This document shows, piece after piece, positions 36,113-51,150 of a DNA stretch of 64,000 bases (position 1 is its first letter; each line of letters opens with the position of its first letter). Source of the DNA: Eledone cirrhosa (taxonomy: Eukaryota); NCBI GenBank assembly GCA_964016885.1, contig OZ024741.1:255812001-255876000 (forward strand), in the 5' to 3' direction. Made by a program: the position numbers and the translations under genes. Below the pieces are notes generated by a model that saw only the letters and a list, made by a program, of their open reading frames with translations, had not been told where the DNA came from and did not search any database.

Positions 36113-39100
36113 GTTTCGCTTTACGAGTGTTTCGACTTACGAGTGTTTCGACATACGAGTGTTTCGACTTCCGAATGTTTTTGCTTACGGGTGTTTCGAC
36201 TTACGAGTGCTTTGGCTTACGAGTGTTCCGACTTAGGAGTGTTTCGGCTTACGGGTGTTTCCGGCTTACGAGTGTTTCGACTTACGAGTGTTTCGACTTT
36301 AGAGTGTTTTGACTTACGGTGTTTCGGCTTACGAGTGATTCGACTTACGAGTGTTTTAACTTACGAGTGTTTCGACTTACGAGTGTTTTGACTTACGATT
36401 GTTTTGACTTACGGGTGTTTCGGCTTACGAGTGTTTCGACTTACGAGTGTTTCGGCTTGCGAGTGTTTCGACTTACTAATGTTTTTACTTACGAGTGTTT
36501 CGGCGTACGAGTGTTTCGACTTACGAGTGTTTCGACTTACGGGTGTTTTGACTTACGGGTGTTTCGGCTTACCAGTGTTTCGACTTACGAGTGATTTGAC
36601 TTAAGGGTGTTTCGACATACGAGTGTTTCGACTTACGAGTGTTTCGACTTACGAGTGTTTCGGATTACGAGTGTTTTGACTTCAGGGTGTTTCGACTTAC
36701 GAGTGTTTCGATACGAGTGTTTCGACATACGAGTGTTCTGACTTACGAGTATTCTGATTTACGGATGTTTCGACACACGAGTGTTTCGAATTACGAGTGT
36801 TTCGACTTACGAGTGTTTTGACTTACGGGTGTTTTGACATACGAGTGTTTCGATACGAGTGTTTCGACTTATGAGTGTTTCGACTTACGAGTGTTCTGAC
36901 TTACGAGTGTTCTGACTTACGAGTGTTCCGACTTACGAGTGTTTCGGTTTACGAGTGTTTCGACATACGAGTGTTTTGACTTACGGGTGTTTCGAATTAC
37001 GGGTGTTTCGACTTACGAGTGTTTTGGCTTACGAGTGTTTCGACTTACTAATGTTTTTACTTACGAGTGTTTCGGTGTACGAATGTTTTGACTTAAGGAT
37101 GTTTCGACTTACGAGTGTTTCGACTTACGAGTGTTTCGGCTTACGTGAGTTTCGACTTAAGAGTGTTCTGATTTACGAGTGTTCTGACTTACGAGTGTTT
37201 CGGCTTATGAGTGTTTCGACTTACGAGTGTTTCGGCTTACGAGTGTTTCGACTTATGGGTGTTTCGACTTACGAGTGTTTTTACTTACGGTGTTTCGGCT
37301 TACGAGTGTTTCGACATACGAGTGTTTTGACTTACGGGTGTTTCGGCTTACGAGTGTTTCGACTTACGAGTGTTTCGGCTTACGAGTGTTTCGACTTACT
37401 AATGTTTTTACTTACGAGTGTTTCGGCGTACGAGAGTTTTGACTTACGAGTGTTTCGACTTACGAGTGTTTTGACTTACGAATGTTTTGACTTACGGGTG
37501 TGTCGGCTTATGAGTGTTTCGACTTACGAGTCTTTCGGCTTACGAGTGTTTCGACTTACTAATGTTTTTACTTACGAGTGTTTCGGCGTACGAGTGTTTC
37601 GACTTACGTGTGTTTCGACTTACGGGTGTTTTGACTTACGGGTGTTTCGGCTTACGAGTGTTTCGACTTACGAGTGTTTTGACTTACGGGTGTTTCGACT
37701 TACGAGTATTTTTGGCTTACGAGTGTTTCGACTTACGAGTGTTTTGACTTACGAGTGTTCTGATTTACGGATGTTTCGACATACGAGTGTTTCGACTTAC
37801 GAGTGTTTCGACTTATGAGTGTTTCGACTTACGAGTGTTTCGGCTTACGAGTGTTTCGACTTACGAGTGTTTTGACTTACGGTGTTTCGGCTTACGAGTG
37901 TTTCGACTTACGAGTGTTTTGACTTACGGGTGTTTTGACATACGAGTGTTTCGATACGAGTGTTCTGACTTACGAGTGTTCTGACTTACGAGTGTTTTGA
38001 CTTACGAGTGTTCTGACTTACGAGTGTTCCGACTTACGAGTGTTCCGACTTACGAGTGTTTCCGGCTTACGAGTGTTTCGACTTCCGAGTGTTTTGACTT
38101 ACGGGTGTGTCGGCTTATGAGTGTTTCGACTTACGAGTCTTTCGGCTTACGAGTGTTTCGACTTACTAATGTTTTTACTTACGAGTGTTTCGGCGTACGA
38201 GTGTTTCGACTTACGTGTGTTTCGACTTACGGGTGTTTTGACTTACGGGTGTTTCGGCTTACGAGTGTTTCGACTTACGAGTGTTTTGACTTACGGGTGT
38301 TTCGACTTACGAGTATTTTTGGCTTACGAGTGTTTCGACTTACGAGTGTTTTGACTTACGAGTGTTCTGATTTACGGATGTTTCGACATACGAGTGTTTC
38401 GACTTACGAGTGTTTCGACTTATGAGTGTTTCGACTTACGAGTGTTTCGGCTTACGAGTGTTTCGACTTACGAGTGTTTTGACTTACGGTGTTTCGGCTT
38501 ACGAGTGTTTCGACTTACGAGTGTTTTGACTTACGGGTGTTTTGACATACGAGTGTTTCGATACGAGTGTTCTGACTTACGAGTGTTCTGACTTACGAGT
38601 GTTTTGACTTACGAGTGTTCTGACTTACGAGTGTTCCGACTTACGAGTGTTCCGACTTACGAGTGTTTCCGGCTTACGAGTGTTTCGACTTCCGAGTGTT
38701 TTGACTTACGGTGTTTCGGCTTACGAGTGATTCGACTTACGAGTGTTTTGAATTACGGGTGATTTGACTTACGGGTGTTGTGAATTACGAGTGTTCCGAT
38801 TTACGAGTGTTTTGACTTACGGTGTTTCGGCTTACGAGTGATTCGACTTACGAATGATTTGACTTACGGGTGTTTCGGCTTGCGAGTGTTTCGACTTACG
38901 AGTGTTTCGGCTTGTGGGTGTTTCGACTTACTAATGTTTTTACTTACGAGTGTTTCGGCGTACGAGTGTTTTGACTTACGAGTGTTTCGACTTACGAGTG
39001 TTTCGACTTACGAGTGTTTCGGCTTACGTGAGTTTCGACTTAAGAGTGTTCTGATTCACGAGTGTTCTGACTTGCGGGTGTTCTGATTTACGAGTGTTCC

Positions 39101-39664
39101 GACTTACGAGTGTTTCGGCTTATGAGTGTTTCGACTTACGAGTGTTTCGGCTTACGAGTGTTTCGACTTACGAGTGTTTCGACTTACGGGTGTTCTGACT
39201 TAAGGTTGTTTCGACTTACAAGTGTTTCGGCTTATGAGTGTTTCGACTTGCGAGTGTTTCGACTTACGAGTGTTTTGACTTACGGGTGTTTTGACATACG
39301 AGTGTTTCGATACGAGTGTTTCGACTTACGAATGTTCTGACTACGAGTGTTCTGACTTACGAGTGTTCTGACTTACGAGTGTTCTGATTTACGAGTGTTC
39401 CGACTTACGAGTGTTTCGACTTACGAGTGTTTCGACTTACGAGTGTTCCGACTTACGGGTGTTTCGACTTACGAGTGGTTTGGCTTACGGTGTTTCGGCT
39501 TACGAGTGTTTCGAGTTACGAGTGTTTTGACTTACGCGTGTTTTGACATACGAGTGTTTCGATACGAGTGTTCTGACTTACGAGTGTTCTGACTTACGAG
39601 TGTTCCGACTTTACGAGTGTTTCGGCTCACGAGTGTTTCGGCTTACGAGTGTTTCGACTTACGA

Positions 39665-39733
39665 AAATAACAAATAGACGCGGTTTCAAATCTCTATGAA
39701 TTTCAAATTCATTACATTAATCTTTATTTATAC
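39665..39733. repeat. 69 bp cassette, copy 7 (allele ATGAATTTC)
   Basis: Direct sequence match. Confidence 0.95.
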
Positions 39734-42700
39734 GTTTCGCTTTACGAGTGTTTCGACTTACGAGTGTTTCGACATACGAGTGTTTCGACTTCCGAATGTT
39801 TTTGCTTACGGGTGTTTCGACTTACGAGTGCTTTGGCTTACGAGTGTTCCGACTTAGGAGTGTTTCGGCTTACGGGTGTTTCCGGCTTACGAGTGTTTCG
39901 ACTTACGAGTGTTTCGACTTTAGAGTGTTTTGACTTACGGTGTTTCGGCTTACGAGTGATTCGACTTACGAGTGTTTTAACTTACGAGTGTTTCGACTTA
40001 CGAGTGTTTTGACTTACGATTGTTTTGACTTACGGGTGTTTCGGCTTACGAGTGTTTCGACTTACGAGTGTTTCGGCTTGCGAGTGTTTCGACTTACTAA
40101 TGTTTTTACTTACGAGTGTTTCGGCGTACGAGTGTTTCGACTTACGAGTGTTTCGACTTACGGGTGTTTTGACTTACGGGTGTTTCGGCTTACCAGTGTT
40201 TCGACTTACGAGTGATTTGACTTAAGGGTGTTTCGACATACGAGTGTTTCGACTTACGAGTGTTTCGACTTACGAGTGTTTCGGATTACGAGTGTTTTGA
40301 CTTCAGGGTGTTTCGACTTACGAGTGTTTCGATACGAGTGTTTCGACATACGAGTGTTCTGACTTACGAGTATTCTGATTTACGGATGTTTCGACACACG
40401 AGTGTTTCGAATTACGAGTGTTTCGACTTACGAGTGTTTTGACTTACGGGTGTTTTGACATACGAGTGTTTCGATACGAGTGTTTCGACTTATGAGTGTT
40501 TCGACTTACGAGTGTTCTGACTTACGAGTGTTCTGACTTACGAGTGTTCCGACTTACGAGTGTTTCGGTTTACGAGTGTTTCGACATACGAGTGTTTTGA
40601 CTTACGGGTGTTTCGAATTACGGGTGTTTCGACTTACGAGTGTTTTGGCTTACGAGTGTTTCGACTTACTAATGTTTTTACTTACGAGTGTTTCGGTGTA
40701 CGAATGTTTTGACTTAAGGATGTTTCGACTTACGAGTGTTTCGACTTACGAGTGTTTCGGCTTACGTGAGTTTCGACTTAAGAGTGTTCTGATTTACGAG
40801 TGTTCTGACTTACGAGTGTTTCGGCTTATGAGTGTTTCGACTTACGAGTGTTTCGGCTTACGAGTGTTTCGACTTATGGGTGTTTCGACTTACGAGTGTT
40901 TTTACTTACGGTGTTTCGGCTTACGAGTGTTTCGACATACGAGTGTTTTGACTTACGGGTGTTTCGGCTTACGAGTGTTTCGACTTACGAGTGTTTCGGC
41001 TTACGAGTGTTTCGACTTACTAATGTTTTTACTTACGAGTGTTTCGGCGTACGAGAGTTTTGACTTACGAGTGTTTCGACTTACGAGTGTTTTGACTTAC
41101 GAATGTTTTGACTTACGGGTGTGTCGGCTTATGAGTGTTTCGACTTACGAGTCTTTCGGCTTACGAGTGTTTCGACTTACTAATGTTTTTACTTACGAGT
41201 GTTTCGGCGTACGAGTGTTTCGACTTACGTGTGTTTCGACTTACGGGTGTTTTGACTTACGGGTGTTTCGGCTTACGAGTGTTTCGACTTACGAGTGTTT
41301 TGACTTACGGGTGTTTCGACTTACGAGTATTTTTGGCTTACGAGTGTTTCGACTTACGAGTGTTTTGACTTACGAGTGTTCTGATTTACGGATGTTTCGA
41401 CATACGAGTGTTTCGACTTACGAGTGTTTCGACTTATGAGTGTTTCGACTTACGAGTGTTTCGGCTTACGAGTGTTTCGACTTACGAGTGTTTTGACTTA
41501 CGGTGTTTCGGCTTACGAGTGTTTCGACTTACGAGTGTTTTGACTTACGGGTGTTTTGACATACGAGTGTTTCGATACGAGTGTTCTGACTTACGAGTGT
41601 TCTGACTTACGAGTGTTTTGACTTACGAGTGTTCTGACTTACGAGTGTTCCGACTTACGAGTGTTTCCGGCTTACGAGTGTTTCGACTTCCGAGTGTTTT
41701 GACTTACGGTGTTTCGGCTTACGAGTGATTCTACTTACGAGTGTTTTGAATTACGGGTGATTTGACTTACGGGTGTTGTGAATTACGAGTGTTCCGATTT
41801 ACGAGTGTTTTGACTTACGGTGTTTCGGCTTACGAGTGATTCGACTTACGAATGTTTTGACTTACGGGTGTTTCGGCTTGCGAGTGTTTCGACTTACGAG
41901 TGTTTCGGCTTGTGGGTGTTTCGACTTACTAATGTTTTTACTTACGAGTGTTTCGGCGTACGAGTGTTTTGACTTACGAGTGTTTCGACTTACGAGTGTT
42001 TCGACTTACGAGTGTTTCGGCTTACGTGAGTTTCGACTTAAGAGTGTTCTGATTCACGAGTGTTCTGACTTGCGGGTGTTCTGATTTAAGAGTGTTCCGA
42101 CTTACGAGTGTTTCGGCTTATGAGTGTTTCGACTTACGAGTGTTTCGGCTTACGAGTGTTTCGACTTACGAGTGTTTCGACTTACGGGTGTTCTGACTTA
42201 AGGTTGTTTCGACTTACAAGTGTTTCGACTTACGAGTGTTTCGACTTACGAGTGTTCTGACTTACGAGTGTTCTGATTTACGGATGTTTCGACATACGAG
42301 TGTTTCGACTTACGAGTGTTTCGACTTACGAGTGTTTTGACTTACGGGTGTTTTGACATACGAGTGTTTCGATACGAGTGTTTCGACTTACGAGTGTTCT
42401 GACTACGAGTGTTCTGACTTACGAGTGTTCTGACTTACGAGTGTTCTGATTTACGAGTGTTCCGACTTACGAGTGTTTCGACTTACGAGTGTTTCGACTT
42501 ACGAGTGTTCCGACTTACGGGTGTTTCGACTTACGAGTGGTTTGGCTTACGGTGTTTCGGCTTACGAGTGTTTCGAGTTACGAGTGTTTTGACTTACGCG
42601 TGTTTTGACATACGAGTGTTTCGATACGAGTGTTCTGACTTACGAGTGTTCTGACTTACGAGTGTTCTGACTTACGAGTGTTCCGACTTTACGAGTGTTT

Positions 42701-42742
42701 CGGCTCACGAGTGTTTCGGCTTACGAGTGTTTCGACTTACGA

Positions 42743-42811
42743 AAATAACAAATAGACGCGGTTTCAAATCTCTATGAATTTCAAATTCATTACATTAATC
42801 TTTATTTATAC
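42743..42811. repeat. 69 bp cassette, copy 8 (allele ATGAATTTC)
   Basis: Direct sequence match; G>A at the first downstream flanking base. Confidence 0.95.
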
Positions 42812-43329
42812 ATTTCGCTTTACGAGTGTTTCGACTTACGAGTGTTTCGACATACGAGTGTTTCGACTTCCGAATGTTTTTGCTTACGGGTGTTTCGACT
42901 TACGAATGTTTCGGCTTACGAGTGTTTTGGCTTACGAGTGTTCCGACTTAGGAGTGTTTCGGCTTACGGGTGTTTCCGGCTTACGAGTGTTTCGACTTTC
43001 GAGTGTTTCGACTTTAGAGTGTTTTGACTTACGGTGTTTCGGCTTACGAGTGATTCGACTTACGAGTGTTTTGACTTACGAGTGTTTCGACTTACGAGTG
43101 TTTTTACTTACGAATGTTTTGACTTACGGGTGTTTCGGCTTACGAGTGTTTCGACTTACGAGTGTTTCGGCTTGCGAGTGTTTCGACTTACTAATGTTTT
43201 TACTTACGAGTGTTTCGGCGTACGAGTGTTTCGACTTACGAGTGTTTCGACTTACGGGTGTTTTGACTTACGGGTGTTTCGGCTTACCAGTGTTTCGACT
43301 TACGAGTGATTTGACTTAAGGGTGTTTCG

Positions 43330-46300
43330 ACACACGAGTGTTTCGAATTACGAGTGTTTCGACTTACGAGTGTTTTGACTTACGGGTGTTTTGACATACG
43401 AGTGTTTCGATACGAGTGTTTCGACTTATGAGTGTTTCGACTTACGAGTGTTCTGACTTACGAGTGTTCTGACTTACGAGTGTTCCGACTTACGAGTGTT
43501 TCGGTTTACGAGTGTTTCGACATACGAGTGTTTTGACTTACGGGTGTTTCGAATTACGGGTGTTTCGACTTACGAGTGTTTTGGCTTACGAGTGTTTCGA
43601 CTTACTAATGTTTTTACTTACGAGTGTTTCGGTGTACGAATGTTTTGACTTAAGGATGTTTCGACTTACGAGTGTTTCGACTTACGAGTGTTTCGGCTTA
43701 CGTGAGTTTCGACTTAAGAGTGTTCTGATTTACGAGTGTTCTGACTTACGAGTGTTTCGGCTTATGAGTGTTTCGACTTACGAGTGTTTCGGCTTACGAG
43801 TGTTTCGACTTATGGGTGTTTCGACTTACGAGTGTTTTTACTTACGGTGTTTCGGCTTACGAGTGTTTCGACATACGAGTGTTTTGACTTACGGGTGTTT
43901 CGGCTTACGAGTGTTTCGACTTACGAGTGTTTCGGCTTACGAGTGTTTCGACATACTAATGTTTTTACTTACGAGTGTTTCGGCGTACGAGAGTTTTGAC
44001 TTACGAGTGTTTCGACTTACGAGTGTTTTGACTTACGAATGTTTTGACTTACGGGTGTTTCGGCTTATGAGTGTTTCGACTTACGAGTCTTTCGGCTTAC
44101 GAGTGTTTCGACTTACTAATGTTTTTACTTACGAGTGTTTCGGCGTACGAGTGTTTCGACTTACGTGTGTTTCGACTTACGGGTGTTTTGACTTACGGGT
44201 GTTTCGGCTTACGAGTGTTTCGACTTACGAGTGTTTTGACTTACGGGTGTTTCGACATACGAGTATTTTTGGCTTACGAGTGTTTCGACTTACGAGTGTT
44301 TTGACTTACGAGTGTTCTGATTTACGGATGTTTCGACATACGAGTGTTTCGACTTACGAGTGTTTCGACTTATGAGTGTTTCGACTTACGAGTGTTTCGG
44401 CTTACGAGTGTTTCGACTTACGAGTGTTTTGACTTACGGTGTTTCGGCTTACGAGTGTTTCGACTTACGAGTGTTTTGACTCTCGGGTGTTTTGACATAC
44501 GAGTGTTTCGATACGAGTGTTCTGACTTACGAGTGTTCTGACTTACGAGTGTTTTGACTTACGAGTGTTCTGACTTACGAGTGTTCCGACTTACGAGTGT
44601 TCCGACTTACGAGTGTTTCGGCTTACGAGTGTTTCCGGCTTACGAGTGTTTCGACTTCCGAGTGTTTTGACTTACGGTGTTTCGGCTTACGAGTGATTCG
44701 ACTTACGAGTGTTTTGACTTACGGGTGATTTGACTTACGGGTGTTGTGAATTACGAGTGTTCCGATTTACGAGTGTTTTGACTTACGGTGTTTCGGCTTA
44801 CGAGTGATTCGACTTACGAATGTTTTGACTTACGGGTGTTTCGGCTTGCGAGTGTTTCGACTTACGAGTGTTTCGGCTTATGGGTGTTTCGACTTACTAA
44901 TATTTTTACTTACGAGTGTTTCGGCGTACGAGTGTTTTGACTTACGAGTGTTTCGACTTACGAGTGTTTCGACTTACGAGTGTTTCGGCTTACGTGAGTT
45001 TCGACTTAAGAGTGTTCTGATTCACGAGTGTTCTGACTTGCGGGTGTTCTGATTTACGAGTGTTCCGACTTACGAGTGTTTCGGCTTATGAGTGTTTCGA
45101 CTTACGAGTGTTTCGGCTTACGAGTGTTTCGACTTATGGGTGTTTCGACTTACGAGTGTTTTTACTTACGGTGTTTCGGCTTACGAGTGTTTCGACATAC
45201 GAGTGTTGTGACTTACGGGTGTTTCGACTTACGAGTGTTTTGACTTACGAATGTTTTGACTTACGGGTGTTTCGGCTTACGAGTGTTTCGACTTACGAGT
45301 GTTTCGGCTTACGAGTGTTTCGACTTACTAATGTTCTTACTTACGAGTGTTTCGGCGTACGAGAGTTTTGACTTACGAGTGTTTCGACTTACGAGTGTTT
45401 CGACTTACGAGTGTTTTGACTTACGAATGTTTTGACTTACGGGTGTTTCGGCTTACGAGTGTTTCGACTTACGAGTCTTTCGGCTTACGAGTGTTTCGAC
45501 TTACTAATGTTTTTACTTACGAGTGTTTCGGCGTACGAGTGTTTCGACTTACGAGTGTTTCGACTTACGGGTGTTTTGACTTACGGGTGTTTCGGCTTAC
45601 GAGTGTTTTGACTTACGAGTGTTTTGACTTAAGGGTGTTTCGACTTACGAGTATTTTTGGCTTACGAGTGTTTCGACTTACGAGTGTTTTGACTTACGAG
45701 TGTTCTGATTTACGGATGTTTCGACATACGAGTGTTTCGACTTACGAGTGTTTCGACTTATGAGTGTTTCGACTTACGAGTGTTTCGGCTTATGAGTGTT
45801 TCGACTTACGAGTGCTTCGGCTTACGAGTGTTTCGACTTACGAGTATTTCGGCTTACGAGTGTTTCGACGTACGAATGTTTTGGCTTACGATTGTTTCGG
45901 CTTATGAGTGTTTCGGCTTACGAGTGTTTCGACTTACGAGTGTTTCGGCTTACGAGTGTTTCAGTGTTTCGGCTTACGTGTGTTTCGAATTACGAGTGTT
46001 TCGACTTACGACTGTTTCGGCTTACGAGTGTTTCGGCTTACGAGTGTTTCGGCTTACGAGTGTTTTGACTTACGAGTGTTTTGACTTACGATTGTTTGGC
46101 TTACGAGTGTTCTGACTTACGGGTGTTCTGACTTACGAATGTTCCGACTTACGAGTGTTTCGGCTTATGAGGGTTTCGACTTACGAGTGCTTCGGCTTAC
46201 GAGTGTTTCGACTTACGAGTGTTTCGGCTTACGAGTGTTTCGACTTACGAGTGTTTCGACTTACGAGTGTTTTGACTTACGGTGTTTCGGCTTACGAGTG

Positions 46301-49300
46301 TTTCGACATACGAGTGTTTTGACGTACGGGTGTTTCGACTTACGGGTCTTTCGACTTAACAGTGTTTCGACTTACGAGCGCTTCGACTTACGAGTGTTTC
46401 GACTTACGAGTGTTTCGGCGTATGAGTGTTTTGACTTACGAGTGTTTCGACTTACGAGTGTTTCGACTTACGAGTGTTTCGAATTACGAGTGTTTCGACT
46501 TACGAGTGTTTTGACTTACGAGTGTTTTGACTTCGGTGTTTCTGCTTACGAGTGTTTCGACTTACAAGTGTTATGACTTACGGGTGTTTTCACATACGAG
46601 TGTTTCGACTTACGAGTGTTTTGACTTACGGGTGTTTTGACAAACGAGTGTTTCGATACGAGTGTTCTGACTTACGAGTGTTCTGACTTACGAGTGTTCT
46701 GACTTACGAGTGTTTCGACATACGAGTGTTTTGACTTACGGGTGTTTCGACTTACGAGTGTTTTCACTTACGAATGTTTTGACTTACGGGTGTTTCGGCT
46801 TACGAGTGTTTCGACTTACGAGTGTTTCCGCTTACGAGTGTTTCGACTTACTAATATTTTTACTTACGAGTGTTTCGGCGTACGAGAGTTTTGACTTACG
46901 AGTGTTTCGACTTACGAGTGTTTCGACTTACGAGTATTTTGACTTACGAATGTTTTGACTTACGGGTGTTTCGGCTTACGAGTGTTTCGACTTACGAGTC
47001 TTTCGGCTTACGAGTGTTTCGACTTACTAATGTTTTTACTTACGAGTGTTTCGGCGTACGAGTGTTTCGACTTCCGAGTGTTTCGACTTACGGGTGTTTT
47101 GACTTACGGGTGTATCGGCTTACGAGTGTTTTGACTTACGGTGTTTCGGCTTACGAGTGTTTCGACTTACGGGTGTTTTGACTTACGGGTGTTTCGGCTT
47201 ACCAGTGTTTCGACTTACGAGTGATTTGACTTAAGGGTGTTTCGACATACGAGTGTTTCGACTTACGAGTGTTTGGACTTACGAGTGTTTCGGATTACGA
47301 GTGTTTTGACTTCAGGGTGTTTCGACTTACGAGTGTTTCGATACGAGTGTTTCGACTTACGAGTGTTCTGACTTACGAGTATTCTGATTTACGGATGTTT
47401 CGACACACGAGTGTTTCGAATTACGAGTGTTTCGACTTACGAGTGTTTTGACTTACGGGTGTTTTGACATACGAGTGTTTCGATACGAGTGTTTCGACTT
47501 ATGAGTGTTTCGACTTACGAGTGTTCTGACTTACGAGTGTTCTGACTTACGAGTGTTCCGACTTACGAGTGTTTCGGTTTACGAGTGTTTCGACATACGA
47601 GTGTTTTGACTTACGGGTGTTTCGAATTACGGGTGTTTCGACTTACGAGTGTTTTGGCTTACGAGTGTTTCGACTTACTAATGTTTTTACTTACGAGTGT
47701 TTCGGTGTACGAATGTTTTGACTTAAGGATGTTTCGACTTACGAGTGTTTCGACTTACGAGTGTTTCGGCTTACGTGAGTTTCGACTTAAGAGTGTTCTG
47801 ATTTACGAGTGTTCTGACTTACGAGTGTTTCGGCTTATGAGTGTTTCGACTTACGAGTGTTTCGGCTTACGAGTGTTTCGAATTATGGGTGTTTCGACTT
47901 ACGAGTGTTTTTACTTACGGTGTTTCGGCATACGAGTGTTTCGACATACGAGTGTTTTGACTTACGGGTGTTTCGGCTTACGAGTGTTTCGACTTACGAG
48001 TGTTTCGGCTTACGAGTGTTTCGACATACTAATGTTTTTACTTACGAGTGTTTCGGCGTACGAGAGTTTTGACTTACGAGTGTTTCGACTTACGAGTGTT
48101 TTGACTTACGAATGTTTTGACTTACGGGTGTTTCGGCTTATGAGTGTTTCGACTTACGAGTCTTTCGGCTTACGAGTGTTTCGACTTACTAATGTTTTTA
48201 CTTACGAGTGTTTCGGCGTACGAGTGTTTCGACTTACGTGTGTTTCGACTTACGGGTGTTTTGACTTACGGGTGTTTCGGCTTACGAGTGTTTCGACTTA
48301 CGAGTGTTTTGACTTACGGGTGTTTCGACTTACGAGTATTTTTGGCTTACGAGTGTTTCGACATACGAGTGTTTTGACTTACGAGTGTTCTGATTTACGG
48401 ATGTTTCGACATACGAGTGTTTCGACTTACGAGTGTTTCGACTTATGAGTGTTTCGACTTACGAGTGTTTCGGCTTACGAGTGTTTCGACTTACGAGTGT
48501 TTTGACTTACGGTGTTTCGGCTTACGAGTGTTTCGACTTACGAGTGTTTTGACTTACGGGTGTTTTGACATACGAGTGTTTCGATACGAGTGTTCTGACT
48601 TACGAGTGTTCGACTTACGAGTGTTTTGACTTACGAGTGTTCTGACTTACGAGTGTTCCGACTTACGAGTGTTCCGACTTACGAGTGTTTCGGCTTACGA
48701 GTGTTTCCGGCTTACGAGTGTTTCGACTTCCGAGTGTTTTGACTTACGGTGTTTCGGCTTACGAGTGATTCGACTTACGAGTGTTTTGACTTACGGGTGA
48801 TTTGACTTACGGGTGTTGTGAATTACGAGTGTTCCGATTTACGAGTGTTTTGACTTACGTTGTTTCGGCTTACGAGTGATTCGACTTACGAATGTTTTGA
48901 CTTACGGGTGTTTCGGCTTGCGAGTGTTTCGACTTACGAGTGTTTCGGCTTATGGGTGTTTCGACTTACTAATGTTTTTACTTACGAGTGTTTCGGCGTA
49001 CGAGTGTTTTGACTTACGAGTGTTTCGACTTACGAGTGTTTCGACTTACGAGTGTTTCGGCTTACGTGAGTTTCGACTTAAGAGTGTTCTGATTCACGAG
49101 TGTTCTGACTTGCGGGTGTTCTGATTTACGAGTGTTCCGACTTACGAGTGTTTCGGCTTATGAGTGTTTCGACTTACGAGTGTTTCGGCTTACGAGTGTT
49201 TCGACTTATGGGTGTTTCGACTTACGAGTGTTTTTACTTACGGTGTTTCGGCTTACGAGTGTTTCGACATACGAGTGTTGTGACTTACGGGTGTTTCGAC

Positions 49301-51150
49301 TTACGAGTGTTTTGACTTACGAGTGTTTCGACTTACGGGTGTTTCGGCTTACGAGTGTTTCGACTTACGAGTGTTTCGGCTTACGAGTGTTTCGACTTAC
49401 TAATGTTCTTACTTACGAGTGTTTCGGCGTACGAGAGTTTTGACTTACGAGTGTTTCGACTTACGAGTGTTTCGACTTACGAGTGTTTTGACTTACGAAT
49501 GTTTTGACTTACGGGTGTTTCGGCTTACGAGTGTTTCGACTTACGAGTCTTTCGGCTTACGAGTGTTTCGACTTACTAATGTTTTTACTTACGAGTGTTT
49601 CGGCGTACGAGTGTTTCGACTTACGAGTGTTTCGACTTACGGGTGTTTTGACTTACGGGTGTTTCGGCTTACGAGTGTTTTGACTTACGAGTGTTTTGAC
49701 TTAAGGGTGTTTCGACTTACGAGTATTTTTGGCTTACGAGTGTTTCGACTTACGAGTGTTTTGACTTACGAGTGTTCTGATTTACGGATGTTTCGACATA
49801 CGAGTGTTTCGACTTACGAGTGTTTCGACTTATGAGTGTTTCGACTTACGAGTGTTTCGGCTTATGAGTGTTTCGACTTACGAGTGCTTCGGCTTACGAG
49901 TGTTTCGACTTACGAGTATTTCGGCTTACGAGTGTTTCGACGTACGAATGTTTTGGCTTACGATTGTTTCGGCTTATGAGTGTTTCGGCTTACGAGTGTT
50001 TCGACTTACGAGTGTTTCGGCTTACGAGTGTTTCAGTGTTTCGGCTTACGTGTGTTTCGACTTACGACTGTTTCGGCTTACGAGTGTTTCGGCTTACGAG
50101 TGTTTCGGCTTACGAGTGTTTCGACTTACGACTGTTTCGGCTTACGAGTGTTTCGGCTTACGAGTGTTTCGGCTTACGAGTGTTTTGACTTACGAGTGTT
50201 TTGACTTACGATTGTTTGGCTTACGAGTGTTCTGACTTACGGGTGTTCTGACTTACGAATGTTCCGACTTACGAGTGTTTCGGCTTATGAGGGTTTCGAC
50301 TTACGAGTGCTTCGGCTTACGAGTGTTTCGACTTACGAGTGTTTCGGCTTACGAGTGTTTCGACATACGAGTGTTTTGACGTACGGGTGTTTCGACTTAC
50401 GGGTCTTTCGTCTTAACAGTGTTTCGACTTACGAGCGCTTCGACTTACGAGTGTTTCGACTTACGAGTGTTTCGGCGTATGAGTGTTTTGACTTACGAGT
50501 GTTTCGACTTACGAGTGTTTCGACTTACGAGTGTTTCGAATTACGAGTGTTTCGACTTACGAGTGTTTTGACTTACGAGGGTTTTGACTTCGGTGTTTCT
50601 GCTTACGAGTGTTTCGACTTACGAGTGTTATGACTTACGGGTGTTTTCACATACGAGTGTTTCGACTTACGAGTGTTTTGACTTACGGGTGTTTTGACAT
50701 ACGAGTGTTTCGATACGAGTGTTCTGACTTACGAGTGTTCTGACTTACGAGTGTTCTGACTTACGAGTGATTCGACATACGAGTGTTTTGACTTACGGGT
50801 GTTTCGACTTACGAGTGTTTTCAATTACGAATGTTTTGACTTACGGGTGTTTCGGCTTACGAGTGTTTCGACTTACGAGTGTTTCGGCTTACGAGTGTTT
50901 CGACTTACTAATATTTTTACTTACGAGTGTTTCGGCGTACGAGAGTTTTGACTTACGAGTGTTTCGACTTACGAGTGTTTCGATTTACGAGTATTTTGAC
51001 TTACGAATGTTTTGACTTACGGGTGTTTCGGCTTACGAGTGTTTCGACTTACGAGTCTTTCGGCTTACGAGTGTTTCGACTTACTAATGTTTTTACTTAC
51101 GAGTGTTTCGGCGTACGAGTGTTTCGACTTCCGAGTGTTTCGACTTACGG
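43330..51150. repeat. ~4072 bp cassette-free tandem duplication in satellite B
   Basis: ORF pairs are offset by 4072-4073 (43512/47585, 44804/48876, 45060/49132, 45732/49804). Confidence 0.85.

Larger units (their letters stand above)
32560..43320. repeat. ~3 kb higher-order repeat of satellite B, about 3.5 copies (periods 3014, 3621 = 3014+607, and 3078 bp)
   Basis: Cassettes at 33030, 36044, 39665 and 42743. Identical 287-aa repeat translations at 33941, 36955 and 40576. Internal 607 bp duplication (37514/38121). Confidence 0.92.
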